Origin: an uncultured Clostridia bacterium
Lineage (GTDB): Bacteria; Bacillota; Clostridia; Christensenellales; Borkfalkiaceae
Direction of reading: 5' to 3'
Assembly: GCA_937912025.1 (NCBI GenBank)
Contig: CALDOZ010000010.1
Coordinates: forward strand, 4,710 to 68,709
DNA length: 64,000 bases
Shown here in pieces: positions 35,641-43,706 of the stretch (position 1 is its first letter; every line of letters begins with the position of its first letter). A program made the translations under genes and the position numbers. The notes beneath the pieces were generated by a model, which had not been told where the DNA came from, made no database searches, and saw only the letters and a list, made by a program, of their open reading frames with translations.

Positions 35641-35689
35641 AAAAACTCCTTTTGGTATACTCTAATTACAAACCGAAAGGAGATTTTTT
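35641..35689 (+). terminator. Terminator hairpin whose 3-prime arm is the SD of the next gene
   Basis: 10-bp stem CTCCTTTTGG (35646-35655) with CCGAAAGGAG (35673-35682), including one G-U pair. 17-nt loop. A5 before the stem and T6 (35684-35689) after it. The ATG at 35690 follows directly. Confidence 0.6.
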
Positions 35690-36967
35690 ATGAAACAAAT
35701 TAAAGTTGTATGCGTTGGCGCAGGTAATAGAGGTATTAATTATTGTAAATATGCCTTAAGTTATCCTGAAAAAATGAAAGTTATTGCAATAGTTGACCCA
35801 AATAAAATTCACCGCGATCAATTTGCTTTAAGTCACGATATTCCTAATGATTTAAGATTTAATTACGTTGAAGACTTTTTAAATGCTAAAATAGAATGCG
35901 ACCTTGTAATTAACGCTACTATTGATAATTTACACTATGAAACGACTATGCCGTTACTTGAAGCAGGTTATAACGTTTTGATGGAAAAACCAGTTACTGC
36001 CGATGTTAACGAACTTTTAAGTTTAAAAAATACTGCAATTAACAAAGGTGTAAACTTATTCGTTTGCCACGTTTTAAGATACACTCCATTCTATAAAAGC
36101 ATTAAACGCCACATTTTAGACGGTGAAATTGGTAAAATTAAATCAATTTACATGGCAGAACACGTTGGCGTAAACCACTATTGCGAAAGTTACGTTGTTG
36201 GTAAATGGCGTAGTGAAAAAGAATGCGGTTCGGGATTTTTGCTTGCAAAATCTTGTCACGACCTTGACTTAATGTGCTGGTTTAACAATGAAACCGTTCC
36301 TAATAAAATCGTAAGTTTTGCAGATAGAAAAACGTTCATTCCTGAAAATGCTCCTGAAGGGCATACTGATAGATGCTGTACTTGTCCTTGTGAACCAACT
36401 TGTAAATATTCAATGATTCGTCAAATGAAAGACCCTAAATCTATGACGGGTAGAATTAAACTTGATATTGATAAACCAATGAACGAAGTTACTATTGATG
36501 ATATTATTGAGCAAACAAATAAAAGTAACTACGGTAAATGCGTATTTGAAAATAAAGACTTGGTTGACCGTCAAAATATTATCGTTAAGTTTGAAAACGG
36601 TTCGGTTGGAACGTTTGACCTTATAGGCTCATGCGCAAAGGGTGAAAGATATTTACATATCGTTGGTGAAGACGGTGAAATTATTGGTACGCACGGTTCA
36701 AATAAATACACGGTAAGAAAATTCGATTATTCAACGTTTACGTATTCTGACGTTGAGTACGACGTTTCAAAAAATATTTCAAGTGGACACGGCGGTGGCG
36801 ACTTTGGTTTAGTTGGTGAACTTCTTAATTACTTAAATGGCGATAGAAGTTCAATTTCTATTACTAGCATTGAAGATAGCGTTAATGGTCATCTTTGCGT
36901 TTACGGCGCGGAAAAATCAAGAAAAGAAGACGTTATCGTTGACTTTAAAAAAGAATACAATATTTAA
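35690..36967 (+). CDS. Gfo/Idh/MocA family oxidoreductase with a Cys-cluster insert
   Basis: KVVCVGAGNRG Rossmann start and MEKPV motif. Contains the insert DRCCTCPCEPTCKYS (nt 36374-36403). AAGGAG SD. Confidence 0.8.
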   Translation: MKQIKVVCVGAGNRGINYCKYALSYPEKMKVIAIVDPNKIHRDQFALSHDIPNDLRFNYVEDFLNAKIECDLVINATIDNLHYETTMPLLEAGYNVLMEKPVTADVNELLSLKNTAINKGVNLFVCHVLRYTPFYKSIKRHILDGEIGKIKSIYMAEHVGVNHYCESYVVGKWRSEKECGSGFLLAKSCHDLDLMCWFNNETVPNKIVSFADRKTFIPENAPEGHTDRCCTCPCEPTCKYSMIRQMKDPKSMTGRIKLDIDKPMNEVTIDDIIEQTNKSNYGKCVFENKDLVDRQNIIVKFENGSVGTFDLIGSCAKGERYLHIVGEDGEIIGTHGSNKYTVRKFDYSTFTYSDVEYDVSKNISSGHGGGDFGLVGELLNYLNGDRSSISITSIEDSVNGHLCVYGAEKSRKEDVIVDFKKEYNI

Positions 36968-36993
36968 AAATGCACGTTAACTTTGATGTAAAT

Positions 36994-37036
36994 AAGCGTA
37001 TTTTCCTTTTTTTAGGAATTTACGCTTTTTTATTTT
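36994..37036 (+). terminator. Rho-independent terminator after the 425-aa oxidoreductase gene
   Basis: Stem AAGCGTA..TTCCT with AGGAA..TACGCTT (7 bp plus 5 bp around a 2-nt mismatch), followed by a T-run. Confidence 0.6.
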
Positions 37037-37066
37037 AAATATTTTAGTTTTTTTGCGTTATTAGTA

Positions 37067-37095
37067 TTTACAAAAACTACATTTTGTGTTAAAAT
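37067..37095 (+). promoter_or_regulatory. Candidate pflA promoter
   Basis: TTTACA (37067-37072), 17-nt spacer, extended -10 TGtTAAAAT (37087-37095). The spacer holds the inverted repeat ACAAAA-N6-TTTTGT (37070-37087). Confidence 0.45.
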
Positions 37096-37141
37096 TACAT
37101 ATACTGAGCAAAAAAGTGCAAAATGTTGTGTGGAGGCAATT

Positions 37142-37867
37142 ATGGAAGGTAAAATTCATTCCGTTTTTTCAGGCGGTACGGTTGACGGTCCGGGAATACG
37201 TTTCGTTGTCTTTATGCAAGGTTGTCCGTTAAGGTGCAAGTATTGTCATAATCCTGACAGTTGGCTCGTTCAAGACGGGGAAGTTCGCACAGTTAGCGAC
37301 TTAACTAATGAAATTATTAAATACCGCAATTATTTTGGCGAAAAAGGCGGGTTGACGGTTTCTGGCGGAGAACCGCTCGTTCAAATTGATTTTGTTATTG
37401 AACTTTTAAAAACGGTAAAGCGTTATGGAATAAATACCGCGGTTGATACGTCTGGTTACTTGTTTAAAATTGACGATGAACATACGTTAAAAAAATATCA
37501 AGAACTTGATAAGTATTGCGACCTTTATTTGTTAGATATTAAACATATTGACGATGATAAACATAAGCAACTTACCGGTGTTACAAATAAAAACACTTTA
37601 AACTATGCTAAATGGCTTAGCGATAGGGGAAGTAAAGTTTGGATAAGGCACGTTTTAGTTCCAAATTATACTGATAATGACGAAGACCTTATAAAACTTT
37701 CAAACTTTATTAAAACGCTTAAAAACGTTGAAAAAGTAGAAGTTTTGCCATATCATACTATGGGTATTGTCAAATATAAAAATTTAGGGTACGACTATCC
37801 GCTTAAAGACGTTCCTGCTCCTACTAAAGAAAGGGTACTTAACGCAAAGAAAATTTTAGGTGTATAA
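37142..37867 (+). CDS. pflA: Pyruvate formate-lyase activating enzyme (radical SAM)
   Basis: I prefer the ATG at 37142 (GGAGG SD at 37132-37136) over the GTG at 37130. GKIHSVFSGGTVDGPGIRFVVFMQGCPLRCKYCHNPD is the canonical PflA N-terminus with a Cx3Cx2C motif. Confidence 0.93.
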   Translation: MEGKIHSVFSGGTVDGPGIRFVVFMQGCPLRCKYCHNPDSWLVQDGEVRTVSDLTNEIIKYRNYFGEKGGLTVSGGEPLVQIDFVIELLKTVKRYGINTAVDTSGYLFKIDDEHTLKKYQELDKYCDLYLLDIKHIDDDKHKQLTGVTNKNTLNYAKWLSDRGSKVWIRHVLVPNYTDNDEDLIKLSNFIKTLKNVEKVEVLPYHTMGIVKYKNLGYDYPLKDVPAPTKERVLNAKKILGV

Positions 37868-38187
37868 TGTTAAACGATAATAATTACAAAGAAAATCTTA
37901 AAGGGTTACAAGTTTTAGAAGTTAGTGGCGAAGGTTGCGCTAATTGCATTTCGCTTATGCCAATGCTTTACAGTGTTGTTAGCGCTCGTAACGACGTTGA
38001 ACTCGTCCATTTTGAACTTGACGAAAATTCTAATAAATTCGCTAGCGAATATAACATTGATAGAGTTCCTACCGTTTTACTTTTAGACGATGGAAAAGAA
38101 ATTGCAAGGGTAGTCGGTTTTCAGCCCGAAGAAGTGTTCGAAATTTGGCTCGATTATAAAATTGACGAGTATAAAAAGTCAAAATAA
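37867..38187 (+). CDS. Thioredoxin-fold protein (C-A-N-C motif)
   Basis: 106 aa. EVSGEGCANCISL CxxC motif and a RVPTV cis-Pro-like segment. The start overlaps the pflA stop (TAATG). AGGTG SD. Confidence 0.7.
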   Translation: MLNDNNYKENLKGLQVLEVSGEGCANCISLMPMLYSVVSARNDVELVHFELDENSNKFASEYNIDRVPTVLLLDDGKEIARVVGFQPEEVFEIWLDYKIDEYKKSK

Positions 38188-38256
38188 TAATTAACTTTTT
38201 ATTTGTAATAAAAATGTTTAAAATTTTAAAATAAAAACGTAATTTTTTAAGTATTA

Positions 38257-38306
38257 TGTTGCAAATGCAACACTTATTTGAAAAATAATATGTTATTATT
38301 TATATA
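38257..38306 (+). promoter_or_regulatory. Candidate pflB promoter with an upstream palindrome
   Basis: Palindrome TGTTGCA-AA-TGCAACA (38257-38272), just upstream of TTGAAA (38278-38283), 17-nt spacer, TATATA (38301-38306). Confidence 0.4.
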
Positions 38307-38340
38307 GAAAAAGAAAATTAAGTCTTAAGGAGAGTTAAAA

Positions 38341-40374
38341 ATGAAAAATTACAAAGGTTGGGAAGGTTTTATTCCCGGCAAATGGTCTGATGATGAAGTT
38401 AACGTAAGAGATTTCATTCAAAAAAACTACGCTCCATACGAAGGTGATGATAGTTTCCTTGCTCCTGCAACCGAAGCAACTAAACAACTTTGGAAGGAAG
38501 TAATGGAATTAAGCGCTAAAGAAAGAGCAAACAACGGCGTTCTTGACGCTGACACAAAAGTTGTATCAACTCTTACAAGTCACGGTCCTGGATATATTAA
38601 TAAAGACCTTGAAACAATCGTTGGTCTTCAAACTGATGCTCCGTTCAAACGTTCGCTTCAACCGTTTGGTGGTATTAAAATGTCATCGCAAGCGCTTGAA
38701 ATGTATGGATATCAAGTTGATCCGTTGGTTACTGAAATTTTCACTAAATATCGTAAAACTCATAACGACGGTGTATTTGATGCTTATACTCCAGAAATGC
38801 GCGCATGCCGTTCTTCACACATCTTAACAGGTCTTCCTGATACTTACGGTCGTGGTAGAATTATCGGTGACTATAGACGTGTTGCTCTTTACGGTGTAGA
38901 TTATCTTATTAAGAAAAAAGAAGAAGATAAACTTCTTATTTGCGGAGAAATGACTCCTGATAAGATTAGAAACAGAGAAGAAATTTCTGAACAAATTAAG
39001 GCATTAAAAGGTCTTAAAGAAATGGCTAAAATTTACGGTTGTGACATTAGCGAGCCAGCAACTACTGCTAAAGAAGCAATTCAAGCGGTATACTTCGGTT
39101 ACCTTGGCGCTGTAAAAGACCAAAACGGCGCGGCAATGTCTATCGGTCGTACTTCTACTTTCCTTGATATTTATATTGAAAGAGACCTTAAAAACGGCGT
39201 TATTACCGAAAGCGAAGCGCAAGAATATATGGATCACTTCATTATGAAACTTCGTATGGTAAGATTTATGAGAATTCAATCTTACAACGAACTTTTCTCA
39301 GGTGATCCTACTTGGGTTACTGAAGCGATTGGTGGTATGGGTGTTGACGGTAGAACTTTAGTTACTAAAAACTCTTTCCGTGTTCTTCACACTCTTATTA
39401 ACCTTGGTCCTGCTCCAGAACCAAACCTTACGGTTTTATGGTCTAAAAATCTTCCTGCAAATTTCAAAAAATTCTGCGCTAACGTTTCTATCAAAACGTC
39501 TGCTATCCAATATGAAAGTGATGACCTTATGAGACCTGAAATGGGTGACGATTACGGTATTGCTTGTTGCGTATCTTGTATGAAGATTGGTAAAGACATG
39601 CAATTCTTCGGCGCTCGCGCTAACCTTGCAAAGTGCTTACTTTACGCTATTAACGGTGGTAAAGACGAATTAATGAAGGATAAAGTTACAGGCAAACCAA
39701 TGCAAGTTGGTCCTAAGTTTGAAGCCATTACTTCTAACGAAGCTCTTGACTTTAACGAAGTTATGGATAAATATACTCAAATGATGGAATGGCTTGCCGG
39801 TGTATACGTTAACGCTCTTAACCTTATCCACTACATGCACGATAAATACGCTTACGAAGCAATTGAAATGGCTCTTCATGATTCTAATGTTAGAAGATTC
39901 TTTGCTACCGGTGTTGCAGGTCTTTCTTGCGTTGCAGACTCACTTTCGGCTATTAAATATGCTAAAGTATACCCAATTAGAAATGAAGACGGTATCGTTG
40001 TTGACTTCAAGATTGAAGGTGAATTCCCTAAATACGGCAATAATGACGATAGAGTTGACGAACTTGCAGTTACTCTTGTTAAAAAGTTCATGAATATGAT
40101 TAGAACTCACTATACTTATAGAGATTCTGTTCCAACAATGTCAATTCTTACTATTACTTCAAACGTAGTTTACGGTAAAAAGACTGGTAATACTCCTGAT
40201 GGTAGACGCGCAGGCGAACCTCTTGCTCCTGGTGCAAATCCAATGCACGGTAGAGATACTCACGGCGCTCTTGCTTCACTTGAATCAGTTGCAAAATTAC
40301 CATACGAATATTCTAGAGACGGTATTTCTAATACGTTCTCAATTACACCTGAATCATTAGGTAAAGACGATTAA
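38341..40374 (+). CDS. pflB: Formate C-acetyltransferase (pyruvate formate-lyase), large catalytic subunit lacking the glycyl-radical segment
   Basis: 677 aa. Strongly PflB-like throughout. Active-site IACCVSCM (Cys409/Cys410, nt 39565-39570). Ends ...[13 protein letters not shown], just before the position where the Gly-radical domain begins in one-piece PFLs. Confidence 0.93.
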   Translation: MKNYKGWEGFIPGKWSDDEVNVRDFIQKNYAPYEGDDSFLAPATEATKQLWKEVMELSAKERANNGVLDADTKVVSTLTSHGPGYINKDLETIVGLQTDAPFKRSLQPFGGIKMSSQALEMYGYQVDPLVTEIFTKYRKTHNDGVFDAYTPEMRACRSSHILTGLPDTYGRGRIIGDYRRVALYGVDYLIKKKEEDKLLICGEMTPDKIRNREEISEQIKALKGLKEMAKIYGCDISEPATTAKEAIQAVYFGYLGAVKDQNGAAMSIGRTSTFLDIYIERDLKNGVITESEAQEYMDHFIMKLRMVRFMRIQSYNELFSGDPTWVTEAIGGMGVDGRTLVTKNSFRVLHTLINLGPAPEPNLTVLWSKNLPANFKKFCANVSIKTSAIQYESDDLMRPEMGDDYGIACCVSCMKIGKDMQFFGARANLAKCLLYAINGGKDELMKDKVTGKPMQVGPKFEAITSNEALDFNEVMDKYTQMMEWLAGVYVNALNLIHYMHDKYAYEAIEMALHDSNVRRFFATGVAGLSCVADSLSAIKYAKVYPIRNEDGIVVDFKIEGEFPKYGNNDDRVDELAVTLVKKFMNMIRTHYTYRDSVPTMSILTITSNVVYGKKTGNTPDGRRAGEPLAPGANPMHGRDTHGALASLESVAKLPYEYSRDGISNTFSITPESLGKDD

Positions 40375-40402
40375 TATAATAATATATAATAGGAGGTTTA
40401 TT

Positions 40403-40636
40403 ATGTCTCAAAAAGTTGATAATTTAGTTAATATGTTAGATGCTTATTGCGCTAATGGTGGACATCACCTTAACGTAAACGTTTTCAATCGTGATACGCT
40501 TTTAGACGCTCAAAAACATCCTGAAAAATACCCACAACTCACTATTAGAGTTTCTGGTTACGCTGTAAACTTTATTAAGCTTACAAAAGAACAACAGGAT
40601 GACGTAATTTCTCGTACAATTCACGAGTCGATGTAA
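40403..40636 (+). CDS. Stand-alone glycyl-radical subunit of PFL (GrcA-like, 77 aa)
   Basis: Own AGGAGG SD 7 nt upstream, and a different reading frame from pfl[55 protein letters not shown] is the PFL C-terminal radical domain (Gly52, nt 40556-40558). Confidence 0.9.
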   Translation: MSQKVDNLVNMLDAYCANGGHHLNVNVFNRDTLLDAQKHPEKYPQLTIRVSGYAVNFIKLTKEQQDDVISRTIHESM

Positions 40637-40637
40637 T

Positions 40638-40667
40638 AAAAAAGGGGTGTATTTGCACCCCTTTTTC
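40638..40667 (+). terminator. Rho-independent terminator after the PFL small subunit
   Basis: GC-rich stem AAAAGGGGTG with CACCCCTTTT, 6-nt loop, and a T-run. Confidence 0.88.
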
Positions 40668-40689
40668 AAATATTATTAGTAGGTTAATT

Positions 40690-41499
40690 ATGTATAAACT
40701 TGGTTTGAATTTTGAACACGTTAAGGTAGCGTCAAAAGAAAATAACTTAAGCGTGTTTGACGTGCTTAAAAAAATTAAAATGTACGGTGTTTCTTCCTTA
40801 GACGTTAACGTTTGCGACGTTATGGATAATACTAACTATCGCGCTGACGTGTTGCGCTCAGGTTTAAGTATTGATTGCGTTTTTCACAAGGGTGATTACG
40901 GTCATAGCGACAATATTGGATACGAACTTTCTATGATAGATTTTTGCGCTGAACATAATATTAGAAACATTATGCTTTTAACTGAATTTATCAAAAGCGG
41001 TGATAATGAATTAGAGTATAATACTCTACTTAAAAAGAATTTGCGTAGAATTGTAAAGTACGCGTCAAATTTCAATATTAAAGTTGGTATTGAGAATTTT
41101 GGTAAAGAGTTAAGTCCATTTTCAACTATTGATAAATGTTTAGACGTTTTAAAATCAGTTAAAGGTTTAGGTTTAATTTACGATAGTGGCAATTTCTTGC
41201 TTGCTGGGGAAAATCCTATTGATGCGGTAAAAACGCTAATGCCGTACATTCAGCGCGTTCATATTAAAGATAGAACGTATACGGAAGTGGAAGGTTCTCC
41301 AATGCAAATTTCTATTGATGGCAAGAAAACGTACACAACTACTTTAGGTCAAGGCAATAGTTTTATAAAAGAAGTTGTTAATCTTGTAAAAGATAGTTAT
41401 GAAACGATTGATTTTGTTATGGAGTTTGATTTCACAAAACTAAATATCACTAATAATATTTTAGACTCGGCAACTTATTTTTCTACGGAGATTGATTAA
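40690..41499 (+). CDS. Sugar phosphate isomerase/epimerase (xylose isomerase-like TIM barrel)
   Basis: 269 aa. Pattern IGIENF, YDSGNF, and VHIKD is typical of the AP-endonuclease-2/xylose-isomerase-like TIM family. Confidence 0.65.
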   Translation: MYKLGLNFEHVKVASKENNLSVFDVLKKIKMYGVSSLDVNVCDVMDNTNYRADVLRSGLSIDCVFHKGDYGHSDNIGYELSMIDFCAEHNIRNIMLLTEFIKSGDNELEYNTLLKKNLRRIVKYASNFNIKVGIENFGKELSPFSTIDKCLDVLKSVKGLGLIYDSGNFLLAGENPIDAVKTLMPYIQRVHIKDRTYTEVEGSPMQISIDGKKTYTTTLGQGNSFIKEVVNLVKDSYETIDFVMEFDFTKLNITNNILDSATYFSTEID

Positions 41500-41500
41500 A

Positions 41501-42001
41501 ATGGCTAAGTATAAAAAAATTGTAGAGCCTTTAATTGAGGCTCTTAAAGATTATAATGCCGTTAACGTTGATTATGGTAACGACCAAGTAGTTGGCGTTG
41601 CAAACGACGTAAACGGTTGCGACCTTGTAGTTTACATAAACGCTAAAGAAATTACGGTAACTTTTGGTTATCATTCCGCCGTTTTTAGTAAAGAAGACGT
41701 TGATGGCGTAATTACTCATTGTAAAAATATTTTAAGTGGTGAATACGCGTCGGTTGAGTTTTTCTCGGGCGAAAAAAAGTTGTTTGGCGGTTTAAGACAG
41801 TCTTCAACGTGCAAATTTAAAACGGTAGACGACGTGTTAAATTGTTACGCAAGCGGAGATGAGGGCGTATTTAATAACATTACTAATTTTATTAAAAATA
41901 ATCAAGTAAACGTTATGGCGATTAGTTTTGATAATAAAGTTAGCACTCTCGTATCGGTAAACTATAAGGATAATGAATTTAAGTTAGATATTTTAAAATA
42001 A
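41501..42001 (+). CDS. Hypothetical protein
   Basis: I prefer the ATG at 41501 (GGAG at 41487-41490) over the TTG at 41492. 166 aa with no recognisable motif. Confidence 0.5.
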   Translation: MAKYKKIVEPLIEALKDYNAVNVDYGNDQVVGVANDVNGCDLVVYINAKEITVTFGYHSAVFSKEDVDGVITHCKNILSGEYASVEFFSGEKKLFGGLRQSSTCKFKTVDDVLNCYASGDEGVFNNITNFIKNNQVNVMAISFDNKVSTLVSVNYKDNEFKLDILK

Positions 42002-42003
42002 TT

Positions 42004-42741
42004 ATGTTAGGTGTTGTAGTTAACGCGCTTTCCGTTATAGTTTGCTCATTAATTGGATTGTGCTGTAAAAAAATTATAAATGAAAGAATAGAAAATACCG
42101 TAATGCAAGCGCTCGGCGTATGCGTTTTGCTTATTGGTATTATAGATGCTATAAATCCAGTTTCGGGAACGTCTGGAATTTTAGTTTTACTTATAAGTTT
42201 TGCTGTTGGCGGAGCGATTGGTAGTGCTATTAATATTCAAAAAGGTCTTGATAATTTAGGTGTAATTTTTGAAAAGAAACTTTTAGGAAAGTTTACAAAA
42301 AAGGCAAGCGAAAGTTCAAATATTACCCAAAAGAACCCTACAAATCACAATTTCGCCGAAGGTTTTGTTCAAGCAACTATGGTCTTTTGCGTAGGCGCTA
42401 TGACGATATACGGCAGTATTTCCGCAGGTCTTGGCGATAATAAAACTTTACTTATAAAATCTGTGCTTGACGGTGTTGTTGCGCTTTTATTAACGGTTAA
42501 ATACGGTATAGGCGTATCTTTTGCGGCGTTACCTATACTTGTAATTCAAGGCGCATTTGCGTTGCTTGCTGGTAGCGTTGGTGAATTTTTAAATTCAAGT
42601 ATTACTTTTAGACAAGAACTTTCCGCTATTGGCGGTGTAATCGTAATGATGATTGGGCTTAACTTATTAGAAGTTAAAAAAATCCCCGTTGCAAATATGC
42701 TTCCTGCTTTACTTGGCGCGTGTTATTACTTAATATTTTAA
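42004..42741 (+). CDS. DUF554 family membrane protein
   Basis: 245 aa. The MLGVVVNALSVIVCSLIG start and multi-pass hydrophobic profile are typical of YdfK/YqgA-like DUF554. Confidence 0.7.
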   Translation: MLGVVVNALSVIVCSLIGLCCKKIINERIENTVMQALGVCVLLIGIIDAINPVSGTSGILVLLISFAVGGAIGSAINIQKGLDNLGVIFEKKLLGKFTKKASESSNITQKNPTNHNFAEGFVQATMVFCVGAMTIYGSISAGLGDNKTLLIKSVLDGVVALLLTVKYGIGVSFAALPILVIQGAFALLAGSVGEFLNSSITFRQELSAIGGVIVMMIGLNLLEVKKIPVANMLPALLGACYYLIF

Positions 42742-42790
42742 TTTTTTAAACGTGGTTGGCGATTTTTAGTAAATTTTAATATAATGTACT

Positions 42791-43573
42791 ATGGAAATTT
42801 TTGATTTACATAGCGACGTTTTAACTGCAACTAATAACCCGTATGAAGTTTTAAAAGGTTATTCTAGTAACGTTACCGTTTGTACTGCAATTTATAAAGG
42901 TAATTTAACCGATAATCAATTTATAAGTAAGGTTAATGAATTTTATAAAAACAATCCAATCAACGCAAAATTATGTTTTGAAGACGTTGGGTATTATAAT
43001 ATTTGCGACGAGCAAATTATATCGTATAATCCGTTATACGTTCAACTAACGTATAACGATGAAAACAAGTACGGGTATGGCTGTAACTATAATTTACCTC
43101 TAAAACAATTAGGCGTTAATTTTGTTAAAAAACTATATAAAAACGGTATATACGTTGACTTGGCGCACCTATCTAAAAAGGGTGCGCTATCAGTTTTAGA
43201 AAATACCGATAAGGTTATTTGTTCTCATACGCTTTTTAAACAAGTGTATAATCATAAACGAAATATCGACGAAGACGTTATTAAAGGTATAATTAATCGT
43301 GGCGGTATTATCGGCGCTTGTTTAGTTGGTTATTTTGCAGGGAAGAGTCAATCGCTCAGTGAATTTGTTAACCACGTCGATTATTTTATTCAAAAGTTTG
43401 AAGATAACAATTTAGCGATTGGTACTGATTTTTTTGGCACGGATATTTTTATAGGCGACGTTGATAACTACAATAAATTCGAAGTAATAATTAATGCGAT
43501 TTTAAATAAAGGATATACTAAAAGTACTTTACAAAAAATTTTGTATAAAAATGCTAAAAAAATATTAAAATAG
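42791..43573 (+). CDS. Short M19 (renal dipeptidase-like) family metallopeptidase
   Basis: 260 aa. Ligand-like positions are retained: FDLHSD (HxD), CFEDVG, DLAHLS, ICSHT, GTDFFG. HKRNIDEDVIKGIINRGGIIG resembles the M19 core. Shorter than typical members. Confidence 0.55.
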   Translation: MEIFDLHSDVLTATNNPYEVLKGYSSNVTVCTAIYKGNLTDNQFISKVNEFYKNNPINAKLCFEDVGYYNICDEQIISYNPLYVQLTYNDENKYGYGCNYNLPLKQLGVNFVKKLYKNGIYVDLAHLSKKGALSVLENTDKVICSHTLFKQVYNHKRNIDEDVIKGIINRGGIIGACLVGYFAGKSQSLSEFVNHVDYFIQKFEDNNLAIGTDFFGTDIFIGDVDNYNKFEVIINAILNKGYTKSTLQKILYKNAKKILK

Positions 43574-43706
43574 TCGATTTTTACATAAAAAACAGCATTT
43601 TTTTAACAAAAAAATTAAAAAACGTCTTGTAAAATATATAATTATAGTATATAATAAATATATAAAATGTACGTTAGTAACCATATTAGTACGTTTGGAG
43701 TTTATT

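Noticed and set aside
40372-40405. The pflB stop could be a sequencing error, nonsense mutation or pseudogene.
   Set aside because: A simple nonsense or frameshift lesion would not create a 28-nt non-coding spacer with a consensus AGGAGG placed 7 nt before a new ATG in another frame. Both pieces are otherwise intact and highly conserved. I kept it as a finding, but it needs read-level verification.
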